Shown here piece after piece: positions 11,891 to 46,118 of a DNA stretch of 64,000 nucleotides (position 1 is its first letter; every line of letters begins with the position of its first letter). The notes beneath the pieces were generated by a model. The model saw only the letters and a list, made by a program, of their open reading frames with translations, ran no database searches and had not been told where the DNA came from. The position numbers and the translations under genes are program-made. The DNA is from Macrostomum lignano (lineage: Eukaryota): positions 62,001 through 126,000 of the forward strand of contig NIVC01000670.1 in the NCBI GenBank assembly GCA_002269645.1, read 5' to 3'.

Positions 11891-14800
11891 TATTCGCAAA
11901 GAATTTATAAAAGAGAACACCATAATTTGTATTTGTTTCGAGCCAGACTAAGCTACGAAAACTTGGATGCAAACGGCGTATTGTTAAAGTTGAATACGAA
12001 ATTAGAATAGCCGCAATGGGAAGGAAACGGTCAATACGATGCAGCTTTAACTCAGTCTGGGAATTAATTGTTAAGCTGCATTCATACGAAGCCATTGGGA
12101 CGTGTCGGTATGTGTAGGTGATTCGGTTATTTCGCAAATCGCAGGCAAAATGTCATACTTTAATTATTTTTGGGATAAGACTGCTCGGATTATTAAATAT
12201 AGTGATTGCGTACCATTCAGTTTACCGTGCACTGAATGCGTCTGATTGCGTCTTTATGAAGATTTTAGCTTCAATTTAAAACATCTTCAAAGCTAAAAAA
12301 TAAGTAGGAGCGAGGGAAAAGACCTTGCACAGCGGAGGAACTAAAAAGATTAAGAGATAAGTGCGTAAAACAAAAAACAGGTTACGTGTAATTACGTGTA
12401 ACTATAACAAAGCAGGAAAGTTCGGCAAGCATGAATGTCTCGCGAAAAATCAGTAAAGGAATGAATCAAACTATAAAATATCTGCAAGCATTCTCACCAG
12501 CAAATGTTGCTTATATGTACAGCAGTTCGGATATATTGGATGTGCCCTTGTTATATTCCGTGGTTTTAGCTACGCTCGTAAATTCAATTCGTCCCTCAAT
12601 CTTGCTGTCGCAGGTGTAAGTAAGATATATAGTTGTGCTTAAAAATACAGTCAGCGGGAAATAAGCAAATAAGAAGCATAGTAAATAATAATATTTTAAG
12701 AACTAAGAATGTTCCGGCTATAATTAGCAAAATATTATTAAAAAGCAGTAAGTAGCGGTATGGCAGTCCGGGATAAAAGTGGAATTAAAGATTTGATAAA
12801 TGGTACGACTTGACTAGAAAATGAGCTGCTTCTTTAGGAGACAAAATTTCAGGCCTAAGTGAGTGCGCGCTTTTATAAATTAGTAACAAACAAAGCTGCA
12901 AAAACACCACCAAAAGCTGAAATGGGTTGCAGGAAACTATAAGCTATTATATGGAACCGAGACACTCAAATCGTTGATACGGCCGAGACTCGACGGTCAG
13001 TCTTGGAGCAGATGAGGGCCGCCCAATAATTTTCTGCAAGATTAAAATTTTTTGGTGGGAAATCAGTTAGCTTAGATTGAACTTCATCAATTGCAGTGGC
13101 GAATTTTGAGCAGTGCATTTATAAGAACAACGGGAACTATTATAGAAATTATGAAACGATCACAATGTCAGAGTAATGCATGAAACCTAGCATTTCGATT
13201 ATACAGAAAATGCGTGCCGCTAAAATTTAACCACTCTTCGGTTGTGTACGAGAAAAACTCAAACCGAAACAATGAGAAAAGCCTGACACGATCTATATTT
13301 CCCTCGGTTTAAATTTCTGTCCGGATTTATTTTTAACGACTTGATAACGACAGTATAGGCACAGAATATGTGCTGCCGTTGAGATTTACGACACCCACAC
13401 AAAAGTAAAGCCTATGATGAGCGGCACAACAGCACTTTATTCACATCTATATATAGGAAAAGTAAAATTGGACAATAGTTAATTAAAACTGATGCCATGC
13501 TTGCAATATGTTTACACGACAATGTTGTACACTGAATATGGTACTCGTACATGTACATGACCTCGCACGAGTTTGATTGAAATTCCCTACACTGTAGCTC
13601 CCTACACTGTACACTGTAGCTACAGTGTACACATCCGATAAAAATGGTGTTCTCAGGGACTACTTAAACTAGGACGGGATACTGGCCAAAATAATGCAGA
13701 AAATTATTGGAGACTGGTTTTTTCTAGTGCTCCGTAGAAGTTATTATTGAATCTATATAGAAAGCTTGTAGATATATATAGAAAGCTTGTTTTTTCGCCA
13801 TCCTGTACAGAATTTAAATAGTCCCTGGATGTTTTGATTATGTCAACCCCTTGCCAATTGAACTTTCAGGACACGCCCTCTGTAAGATTTGTTGCTTTTA
13901 GGAACAATAAAAGTTGCTTTTAGGAGCAAGAAAGTTGCTTTTTGTACAGTGAGCTCCATTTAATCGATATTCTAGTTTCTGTGGCTTTATTTCCAAGAGC
14001 AGCTATATTCATAAAACTTTTAGCAATTTTTTGCAAAGCCTGCTGTAATTAAGTTCAGCCCTATGCTTTGATTTTCCATGTGAGGAAAATTTGCGTCAGT
14101 TTTACGTTTCTCCGCTATTCTCTATTTCTTTAGACGCTGTTTCGTTTTGTTGCTTAGTTTCTCCCCCTGATCCCTGCCCTAGCATAGGGATTAGGCAGTT
14201 GAGTTGGGAATTGGATAATGGGAAGAAATTGTACGCAAAAATATTCTAAATGTACGTGTAATATTCTACAATAATATGAAAAACAGAAGAGACGTGAACA
14301 AAATATTTAGATACATGTTCAATTCACAAAAATACGACATTAAGGAAACATAATGGCTAATTAATCGTACAAAAATAAGCATAATGGTAGTTACCTATAG
14401 GAAATATACAGCTCATTCAATTTTCTTGGCTTATTGATTTGTGCGATTCATTCCACCGATGCGCGGGTAAAGGTAGGGCGAGAAAGATATTCGCTGTATC
14501 ATATAGAGATAAGCTAGAAAATAATATTTCCAGGTAACTAATTTGATAGCTGGGGCGAGCAATTGGCAGAATTAACTAAATATAATACATGGCGTTTGCC
14601 AAAGCAAGCCAACTCTGAACTCAAAGCAGTTGTGAGCCATAGCAAATGTCTCATCTGATTAAAAAACTGTTTAGTAGTAGTGTTCTAAATAATTTAATGA
14701 AAGAGGATTTTGTTGATATGTACACTGATCGAGAAGTGTACAATCCAATCATTCGTTAACTTGGGAGCAAGCAGCCTCTCCAATCCAACCAAATGTATGT

Positions 14801-16000
14801 AATGAGGGATAGAGAAAAAAACTGGGCCACTGTTGAATAAATAATGTACAATCAGTCCAAGATAACCACAGATAAAATACTATAATAACTGCATATAGGC
14901 CACTTAGGTTATATTAGCTTGATAAAACAGTTTGTCTGTCTACTTTCAGTTCAGTAGCAAGGAAGAATGCGTAAGCTATTTTTTAATTTAAATTGACTTG
15001 AAGACGTAATGTACATTAGCCACTGAGAATGTACATTTAAAGATTGGTCAGAGGGGGGGGGGGCGAGGGGAGAGATTTGTTGCGGAAAGATGCGGTCGGA
15101 GGAGTTAACCTTGGGGGAGGCTAAGACTTCAATAAACGAATCTATTTCATGTACATGCCAGGCGGAACTCCGCGACAAGACAATAAAAATCGGTCAGAAG
15201 GGGGTGGGGTAGAGATTTTGTGCGGAAAGACGCAAGTTGGAGGGGTAAGCTTGGGAGAGAGGGGTAAGAGGGTCAATAAATTGAGTCTTGTATTTAAATA
15301 TAATTATTATTTGCCTTGATTTAAATATTCTACTGATCTGAAAGTAGTTTATTGCGATATTTCTGTAAATTAAGGTAACTAATCGGTGTGCCTACGGATC
15401 ATTACCTGACTTTTACTGCGCTTAATTTTTCATCTGTGTAAGCCCCAAAGTGAGTGCTTTGTACACGCTTGATGCTAAATAATTTCCTAAATAATTAGTT
15501 GAAATTGTGATAAATAAAAACGGACTCCATTATCGCAGATCAGATCTGATATGAAAACACAAGAAAAGGGCAGGTAAAAGTGTGTAAAATCTGAGTAAAA
15601 GATATGCCTTGGTCTCCACGGTCCACTGTCTTATGACTGCGCAGTGGATCAAAATGGCTTGATATATTCTTGCGAGTTTACAAAAGAGTTCGGCTTATTT
15701 TAAAAATGCTTGCGTGGGACGAAAACAAAATTGATTACATTGTTTGAAACATTATACAGCTGCATTTCAAATATGGCGAGTTAATTTGATCAAAGCAAAT
15801 TGTCACTATTCGAGGTAAAATATTCAAACGCTAGCAAGGCTCTGTGCGTAAAAAACAATTTAGAAAAAAATTAATATTTGCCGAAAGGAATGCCAGGTTA
15901 CACTCCGGAATGCAGCCCAAAGTTCACCTCTGTTACGAGTACATAAAATAGACATTTGCAAGAGCTCTTTAGGCGTTCTAGCGCAACGCATTTGGAGCTC

Positions 16001-16255
16001 TCCGCTGACTCCTGAGCACAATACAAGAGCGCCAATTCTGTACGCAGGCGCGCACTCATACACGCTCACACAGGGTGTACAACGACCCTGACTTCCTAAT
16101 GGTCAGGCACGTACACTCTCTGTACCTTGGGGGTTGGTCCTCAGAGCTAGCTAGCTGTGAATCGCAACTCCCTGGCCAATTTTCGCGCACAAGCCCCAAA
16201 TTACTGTGGAATGGAGTCGAACCAGGGGTCGTGGCCACTGACTCAGCGACAGTGC
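16001..16255 (-). mobile_element. tRNA-derived SINE (most complete copy of a family also found at 42211-42251, 44651-44830 and 62908-62985)
   Basis: The - strand carries an A-box-like TCGCTGAGTCAGTGG and a B box GGTTCGACTCC. The body (TCCGCTGACTCCTGA..CACGCTCACACAGGGTGTACA..CTCTCTGT(A/G)CCTTGGGG on +) recurs at 44651. Confidence 0.65.
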
Positions 16256-16590
16256 GTGTTTAATTAATGGAAAAAGTTCGCAACAAACACCATGATGTGG
16301 CTGCAACACTAACGAATAAACCTAACAACAGTCGAAGAGCATAATCATTGAATGCTAGACTGGACTTGAAAGTTCGGGTCGTATTCCTGAGCATAAGCTG
16401 GCATCCCCGTCTGTCAGGTCTGATTAGTTTGCTGTAGTGGGCCCGAATGCAATTTAAGAGCTTCGCAGCATAATACTCATTAGCGATGGCTATTGACGAA
16501 TACTTTAGCAGTGCAACGAAGAGTTGCCATGATCTCCTACTGCTCAGTAGAATGCGTCACTCACCGCCTCGCCGGGAAGCTGATCCCAGC

Positions 16591-38512
<21,922 letters not shown>

Positions 38513-38939
38513 TTCGTAGTCTCCTAATAACTATACTGATGAAGCTGGACAGGATCTGTTTAGCGTTTGCAGAGCAAAATATGAAGGCGAATAATATTTT
38601 AATCTTTATAGATTTTTGACGCTGAAATCGGTGTCGATTTGTTGAAGCTCGGCTGGGGTGGCGCGGACTCATATTTCTCTCGCGCTCTCTGATTGGCGTC
38701 AGGCCGCAGGACGGTCTGCTCAGAGAGAGGGGGACGCGGCTATACAAGACAGCTGAACATCCTGCTGCAGAAATGGCGCATGAAATTCTGGGGCGATGGG
38801 GGAGAGAAGAGGGTGGGGAATGAGAGAGGTGAGTGTGGAAAAAGAGAGGTGAGAGTGGTAAATTAGATAGGTGAGACTGTGGGCTGAGATATGTGAGAGT
38901 GTGGAATGAGAGAGGGGGATTGAGGAATGAGGTGAGGGA

Positions 38940-39845
38940 GAAAGTGGATGAAGGATGAGGGGGAGAGTGGATGAAGGATGAGGGGGAGAGTGGATGAAGG
39001 ATGAGGGGGAGAGTGGATGAAGGATGATGGGAGAGTGGATGAAGGATTATGGGAGAGTGGATGAAGGATGATGGGAGAGTGGATGAAGAATGATGGGAGA
39101 GTGGATGAAGGATGATGGGAGAGTGGATGAAGGATGATGGGAGAGTGGATGAAGAATGATGGGAGAGTGGATGAAGAATGATGGGAGAGTGGATGAAGAA
39201 TGATGGGAGAGTGGATGAAGGATGATGGGAGAGTGGATGAAGAATGATGGGAGAGTGGATGAAGGATGATGGGAGAGTGGATGAAGAATGATGGGAGAGT
39301 GGATGAAGGATGATGGGAGAGTGGATGAAGGATGATGGGAGAGTGGATGAAGAATGATGGGAGAGTGGATGAAGAATGATGGGAGAGTGGATGAAGGATG
39401 ATGGGAGAGTGGATGAAGGATGATGGGAGAGTGGATGAAGAATGATGGGAGAGTGGATGAAGGATGAGGGGGAGAGTGGATGAAGGATGATGGGAGAGTG
39501 GATGAAGAATGATGGGAGAGTGGATGAAGAATGATGGGAGAGTGGATGAAGGATGATGGGAGAGTGGATGAAGGATGATGGGAGAGTGGATGAAGAATGA
39601 TGGGAGAGTGGATGAAGAATGATGGGAGAGTGGATGAAGAATGATGGGAGAGTGGATGAAGGATGATGGGAGAGTGGATGAAGAATGATGGGAGAGTGGA
39701 TGAAGGATGATGGGAGAGTGGATGAAGAATGATGGGAGAGTGGATGAAGGATGATGGGAGAGTGGATGAAGAATGATGGGAGAGTGGATGAAGGATGATG
39801 GGAGAGTGGATGAAGGATGATGGGAGAGTGGATGAAGGATGAAGG
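38940..39845. repeat. 22-bp purine-rich minisatellite (GAGAGTGGATGAAGGATGATGG) upstream of CELF
   Basis: Tandem units; source of the 538-aa and 307-aa repetitive ORFs. Confidence 0.95.
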
Positions 39846-40252
39846 ATAGAGATTAGAGGTAAGTGAGTGATGGAGCGGATCAGTACTGAATGAATAAGGT
39901 GAAATAACCAAGAAGTTATTTCGTGAGCGGGTGAGTGGGTGACTAATATGCAGTAAACAGCGCCCCACACTCGACAGGCGGCGCAGTGAGTAAAAGCAAA
40001 AACATCGCATTTAAACCCGGGAGAAGCCCGGAACTTGGCCGGGAAACCCCTGCAGCAGCCCCTGCCCGTCGCAGCAGGTCGCAGCTATTATTCGGCCTCT
40101 AGAATCAGCGAAGCGAAGGCAGAATTCTGTTTCCTTTGACAGGTTTCCTTTTTGCGCAGTTGAATAATCAATTTCTATTGGTTTGCGATGGCTTCGTTTG
40201 GTTTGGAAACTTCTGTGCCATTGTTAGACTGCAGTGCGATGACATCACAGCC

Positions 40253-40760
40253 GCGGGCTTACCTGGGCTGCCGTTCGTTCTGTGAGGGCAGTCCTGAAGT
40301 TCGAGGCCTTACCTGACCGCCAGAGGGCGGCGTTGTTCCAGGCGGTGATCAAGACCGTCTTGCTGTACAACGCCGAGACCTGGACGCTGACGGAGTCGCT
40401 CGAGCAGCAAGTTGACGCGGCGCACGCTGGCCTGTTGCGCGCCGCCTTCAAGATCGGCTAGGAGCGAGTGACCAACGCGGCTTTGTATCGCCGCGCCGGC
40501 CTGGTCCGTCCAAGGGACCTGTTGCGCCGTCGGCGACTCCAGCTGGCAGGCCACATCATCCGCGCCGAGTCGTACTGCCCAGACCCGGTGCAAGAGGTGC
40601 TGCTGCTGACGCTGCAGGCACCCTACCGGCGGGGGCAGGCGCCCACTCGGCGTTTGGTCGACTGCCTGCTGGCTGACGCCGGCGCCCCGGATTCGGCCGG
40701 CGGCGTGGCGTTCATTCGCGACCTGGCCTTGAGGCGCGCTCTGTGACGCAACTGCGTATT
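40253..40760 (+). mobile_element. 3' fragment of an RTE-like non-LTR retrotransposon (RT C-terminal region)
   Basis: Translation LFQAVIKTVLLYNAETWTLTESLEQQVDAAHAGLLRAAFKIG*..TNAALY..RRRRLQLAGHIIR matches the RTE-type RT C-terminus. There is an in-frame stop near 40459 and a short TGT-rich tail. Confidence 0.75.
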
Positions 40761-41363
40761 CTGTTGTTGTAGACTGCAGTGAAATTCTAATGTGGCTGCA
40801 TCGAGGGAAGATTGTTAGCTACGAGTAACAAAGGGCTAAACGGAAGTTTTCGGGTATCGCCAAGGTGTCAATAGATAAATGCTGGGGCAGCCAAGGAATC
40901 AGGGGAATCTCTGTGATCGCCAAGGATGCGGGGGAATTTCTGTGATCGCAGAGTCAAAAGAAAAATCTGGAAGATCATCATTAAGGGCTTAAATTTTTCG
41001 ATGCATACTCGTAATATTGAATAAAAATTAGCGTACTTTATTTGATATTTTGAAACATAATAGACGCCGTGACCGATTATGATGGGAAAGCAGTTATTAA
41101 AAACATCATTATTATTACTAGAAATTCATCCCAATCGATTCCACAGCTCAGCCGGTCCACGCCGTCTCCAAATGAGTCCAGTTCGAGCGTCGGGCTGCAG
41201 CGACGGGTCGAGACGCGTGTACCTGCAATGCAATGGTTGGTTTCTTAGAGTAGCAAATTTAAGAACTTGAACCCTTCGACTCTTCGACTCTAAGCATGCT
41301 ACTTAGAGTGGGATCTAACGGGACAATTATCAGCTCCGATGAGCCAACATCTCAGGAAGCAGC

Positions 41364-44300
41364 TTACCTCAACTTTCCTGCAAGCGCGTGTCCTGCGCGA
41401 AGCGGCGGAGGCGGCGGCGGCGGCGGCGGCGGCATCTGCGGCGACAGCAGCCGGCCTCGTTCGCGTTGCCTCGGCGCCACTGTCGCCTCGTCGCCCGTCT
41501 GCGGACGGAGCAGCCGAATTGGCCAGCCGGCCGGCCGGTGCGGACGGCGGTTGTCTGTCCGAGCGGCGGCTGGTTTCTCAGCCTGACCGCGCGGTTCTCG
41601 CTGCTCAAAATCGATGACCAGGCGGTCGATCTGTTTCGGACTGGACGGCATCAGCCGTTGCTGCTCCTGATGTTGTCGGCTTCGGTCGAGTGTCCAAGCG
41701 TCCAGAGCAGTCTTGAGCACCCCGGCTACCAGTGCCTTCTCGCGTTCGCTGGCTCCGGACAGCCAGGCGTGCACTACTGATGGGTCGTCGGTCTGCAGCA
41801 CCTGGCACAGCAGGCACAGCACGGCCAGTTCTTGCAGCTCCACCTCGGCCGCCACGCCAGCCGCATCGAAATCGGCTGCTTCTCCGGCGTCAAACCGGGC
41901 CAGCGGCAGCGCCGTTGACGATGAAGTCCGGCATCGGCTTCTTGTGGTCGATGGCCGCCGCTTCGACGCCGGTGCTGCTGGAAAAGTGCCGCTAGCGGTC
42001 AGAGGGCTCCGGCGGGCTGGCTCCGGAACTGCGGGAGCGGTTGGGGTGGAAGTCGAGCTAGACCAGGTGGGGCAGAGCAGCTCAGAGAGGTAAACGAGGC
42101 CAGACTCTTGCGTTACGACCCCTACTTGATTCAGAGGGGGCAACATTCGTTTGGGGCTCGTGTACACAAAAATTGGCTCAGAGAGTGGTCCTGCGATTCA
42201 CACGCACGATGGCCGACCGACAAGGCACAGTGTACATGCTCGTTGTACACCTTGCGAAAGCATGTTTAAATTATCTTATTTAGATTCAACACATCGCAGC
42301 TATAGACTAAGTATAAACTTTTATTGCTCTTACTTTATAAATTGTCGTTAGCTCTTAACTCAGATTTTTTAGATCAAAAATATAGTGTAGCACAAGTACT
42401 AGGAAGTTCAAAAAGCTAACTTTGGTTCTTCAATAATTTTTCACAAAGCCCAATTTAAACAAGACCCAAACCAGTTCAAATTGAAGAACAGAAAAGCAGT
42501 TTTTTAAGTGTATACTACGTATATTAACCAACTCGAAACAATATATTTTAAATTTTTGTTTAAAGTCACAGATTATAGCTGCACTCTGGCTTTAGTAGAC
42601 ATTGCCAGACTTGGCGCCGTAGCCAGAGCCATAGCCAGAGCCGTAGCCAGAGCCGTAGCCGGAGCCGTAGCCAGAGCCGTAGCCAGAGCCGTAGCCAGAG
42701 CCGTAGCCAGAGCCGTAGCCAGAGCCATAACCGTAGCTATCATCGCCATAGCCGTAGCTATCGCCGCCGTAGCCGTAGCCGCCGCCATACTTGTAGCTGC
42801 CATAGCTATCCTTGGGCGCTTCGTACAGCACCTTGCGCCAGCCGTAGGGATTCTCCAAATAGTGACTGACTAAGCGGGGCCTGCCGTACTTGTCGAATTC
42901 CTCTTCGGTGACCTCGGCGGGGCCAGCGCTACCGTAGCCGAAGCCGTTGCAAGCGGCGGCCATTGCCATCAGAGCCAGAGCAACAGTGACAAAGCGCATA
43001 GCTATATATTTAATTTGTATTCTACAGCTATAATAATATATAATCAGGCAGGCGAGTGATGCAAAGTTAATTGAGTGATTCAGCTCGCCTTGGGGCCTTT
43101 TATCGATTCTGGCATGGGGGGAGGGGCAGTGAGGGGGTGCAGTTTGGGGTCAGCCCAAACCGCCCACCTCCCCTCCACTAATAGCTTGTAAACTTAACTG
43201 GTGGTGCTTTAATTTGTCAACCATACAGTGCTGCTGACTCACTGCTAGCCAGTTTATCATTATTGGATCGGTTTGGCTCAGCCAATCAGAGAGCTAAAGG
43301 GTAAGGGCTAACATTTTTAGGGGGTTTGGCGCGCGGGTTAGCGTCGCGTAGAGAATGATTCTTAAGAGCTGCGTGGCGTGATTGGCTCTGAGGTGGGGTG
43401 GGTGGAGGGGGGGAGGGGGTATTCAGCCCACGATTCACTGCCAGTAGGCCGCCAAATAACTTTGGCTATCTCTTATCCTATATGTAGCAATGAGACGACG
43501 ACAGTATTGTTATTATTCTCTATCGGCATATAAAAAAACGATGACCTGTTTCTTTTCAAGCTTAGATGTACTTTAGGTAGCCAGACTAGCTATTCCTGCG
43601 AGCAGTGGATATACATTGTTAAATGAAAATTATGTTATTTGCATTTCATCATGACTTGACCTATACCTGGTATCGAGTTAAAAATACTGCAATTTTTTAT
43701 CGGCAGGCAACATTGACTGTCAAGACTCACGGGGGCTTTCTGAAAAGCTGTGGCTCATGGGGGAATTGGTGTAATATCAAGATTCATGGGGCGAATTGCT
43801 GAAATGTGCTGTAGCTCATGAGGGATTGTTGTGATGTCACGGCTTACGGTGATTCGCTGAAATGTTGTGGCTCTGGGGGGAATTGCTGAGGTGTCAAGGC
43901 TCATGGGGGGTTTCTGAAATTCTGTGGCTCATGGGAGGTTTTCTGAAATGCTGGGGCTCATCGGGAGTTGCTCAGATGCTTTGCGCCGAAGCTCATAGGG
44001 GACTTTTGACTTCGTCGGCGTCGGAGTCGGAGACGGCGTCGGAGTGATGACGGAATGCTTGAGAGACTAGCTGAGGATGTCCAGCAGTCGAGGCTTGCCC
44101 ACTGTCGAAGCTTGGTCAGTGAAACTAGAGAAATTCACATCAGGGTGTTCATAGTCACCTGGTGCCACCTGTTGAAGTGGAGAAGCTCCACCTGGGACTA
44201 ACGAAGTCACAGCTGATGCAGACACATGTGGTCAACGTGCTGATGAAATTTGGAGGCTTGGCAAGCCTGCACTGAGGCGCAGTGCTGATTGGCGCACAGA

Positions 44301-45432
44301 GGTGTACTGAATACACTGGCGCTTATGGGAAAAATCCGACCTTCTGGCAGAATCGTCGAATATCTCGACGGTCCGAAGGGCTGACGACTTGATTCTTGTT
44401 TGAAAAGGTGCGCAAAAAGGTAGCCCGTGTTCTTGAATTTCGTGTGCCTGCGTTGCTCCGTTCCGGCGCAGCAAAAAATGGTCAGGGGTTTCCCCCATTT
44501 TGGTAGTTCGACGGGCGGAAAAATGGCTTGGTATACCTACAGCTAAAAATTACCAATAGTGACTAAACTAGGTCCTAAGTACTAGGTCCTAAACTACATG
44601 TACTATAGTCAAGCGTGTATTGAACATGTATTATTTCTTTCTTTGTCCATTCCGCTGACTCCTGAACGCGTAATGCACGCAGGCACACACGCTCACACAG
44701 GGTGTACAGCGGTCCTTGACTGTCTAATCATCAGGCATGCACACTCTCTGTGCCTTGGGGCTGACCTTCGTGGGTGCGAATCGCACGACAAGCCCCAATA
44801 GAATGTGGCCGCGCACGGGAGTCAGACGCGGCTAACACAGAACTACTCTGCCCCCAAGTTCAACTGTATATTCACGGTGCAGGATACCACTTCTCACCAG
44901 CCCTGTTGCTGTCCTGCAGCACAGCAAACTGCCTAGCAAATCCTTTCACTTCTTCCGGCACTTCCGGCGACCGGAAGCTGGCGGCTTTGTCATCGCTTCG
45001 CCGATGCCTCCGACTTCTGGCGGCGATGACGGCCGCGTACTCGAGTCCGGTCAGCGTGTCCAGCGGCTGCCACAACGTGTTGGCATTCGCCAGACTGCTG
45101 GCCTGCTGAGATTCGGCGAGATTCCAGCCACTGCTGCTGCTGCTGTTGTTGTTGTTGGCGGCGCCAGCGTCTTCCATCAAGGCGATTACCGGAGGGCCGC
45201 GCACGCTGGCCAAGTGGCAGCAGAGGCTGGGATGCGGCCGGTGACCTCCGATCTCGCAGGCTAGTCTAGCTCCGACTGGCTGTCGCTGCTGGAACTCCTT
45301 GGCGATAGAATTCGCCACGCCGGACACTGACTGCAGATGGTGAAGAGGTCGCTGATCGCACTGATCTAGGAAGCTGCGCAGGACCAGCAGGCTATCCGGA
45401 TCGGCGTGCGGCAGCTGCTGTTGCAGGGTCAT
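41364..45432 (-). CDS. TBATA: Probable TBATA/SPATIAL-like protein, about 430 aa, at least 2 exons
   Basis: Exon 45432-44898 (GCTG|GTGAGA, phase 1) joins exon 42121-41364 (TAG|GG, phase 1; alternative acceptor at 42106). GHRPHPSLCCHLASVRGPPVIALMED, EEVKGFARQF and LCQVLQTDDPSVVHAWLSGASEREKALVAGVLKTAL resemble SPATIAL-domain blocks recalled from memory; this needs a search to confirm. Confidence 0.55.
42592..42999 (-). CDS. Secreted Gly/Tyr/Ser-rich structural protein (eggshell/cuticle/adhesive-like), 135 aa, single exon
   Basis: Signal peptide MRFVTVALALMAMAAACNG, a unique middle segment, then (GYGS)n repeats and a clean stop. A TATA-like GATAAAAG lies at about 43094-43101 on the - strand, with an Inr-like TCACT about 25 nt downstream. 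Confidence 0.85.
   Translation of the reverse strand: MRFVTVALALMAMAAACNGFGYGSAGPAEVTEEEFDKYGRPRLVSHYLENPYGWRKVLYEAPKDSYGSYKYGGGYGYGGDSYGYGDDSYGYGSGYGSGYGSGYGSGYGSGYGSGYGSGYGSGYGSGYGAKSGNVY
43074..43101 (-). promoter_or_regulatory. Candidate core promoter of the GY-rich gene
   Basis: ATAAAAG followed about 25 nt later by TCACT. CCAAT-like boxes lie at about 43281 and 43380. Confidence 0.35.
44651..44830 (-). mobile_element. Second copy of the tRNA-derived SINE family
   Basis: Collinear similarity to 16001-16230, with a degenerate B box at about 44818-44832. Confidence 0.6.
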
Positions 45433-46013
45433 TTTCTATATAATACAGCAGCTGGGCTCGGTTTTTTGCTCCCTCTGGCTGGGCGTCATCTGTGAGAGAG
45501 TTTCGTGCTCGCTCATATAATAGTGTCTCTGAGTGTCTCTTGCAGTCTCATTTTGAGTGGCCTCTGTTGGCATGGAGCCAATATAGCATAGCTGTGCTGT
45601 ACGCTCAGTTTTTTTGTATGGGCTGGCTGTAGATGTGCGGCTATTGTATAGTGCAAAATGAGAATGTTTGCGATGCGCTACTTGGCTACTTAAAGTAGAG
45701 TAACTGTTAATAAAGAATTTTTAAAGCGAGTAGTATATTCAATGGTGTCAGGCTAATCAGTTCAGCTCAGCAGAGATATTCTTTATCGGGTTTGTAAACC
45801 AGCAGGGAGGCGGTATAATATGCGAGTGTAGCTATAGGTGCATGCCTACTATATCGAAAAACAGCTGGAGACAATTGTTGCAGGCTGCTTGCTTCACGCA
45901 AATCACTGTGTCGTCTGTGAGTTAAACTGAGAGTATTTTCCCCGATCACAATAGCCATGTCTCTGTAACCTTTAACTTGATAATACACTTAATAGCAACC
46001 CTCGGAGAGTCCA

Positions 46014-46118
46014 AAAAATTGTGGTAATCTGCAGATTCGAACCCAGGAGCTTCTGTCTGGTACAGTTTAGTGAAAGGGTCTGGCTCGTTACCGCTCTAGT
46101 GCTCAGCCACCCGCCGAG
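46014..46118 (-). mobile_element. tRNA-derived SINE head or tRNA pseudogene
   Basis: The - strand shows A-box-like TGGCTGAGCACTAG, B box GGGTTCGAATC and a following T run. No clean cloverleaf. Confidence 0.45.

Noticed and set aside
15385-15410. GGATCATTA resembling the 18S rRNA 3' end
   Set aside because: Only 9 nt match and there is no flanking rRNA similarity.
44070-44230. Short - strand open frame ending KPRLLDILS*
   Set aside because: An upstream in-frame stop and no convincing acceptor, so it cannot be tied to the TBATA-like gene.
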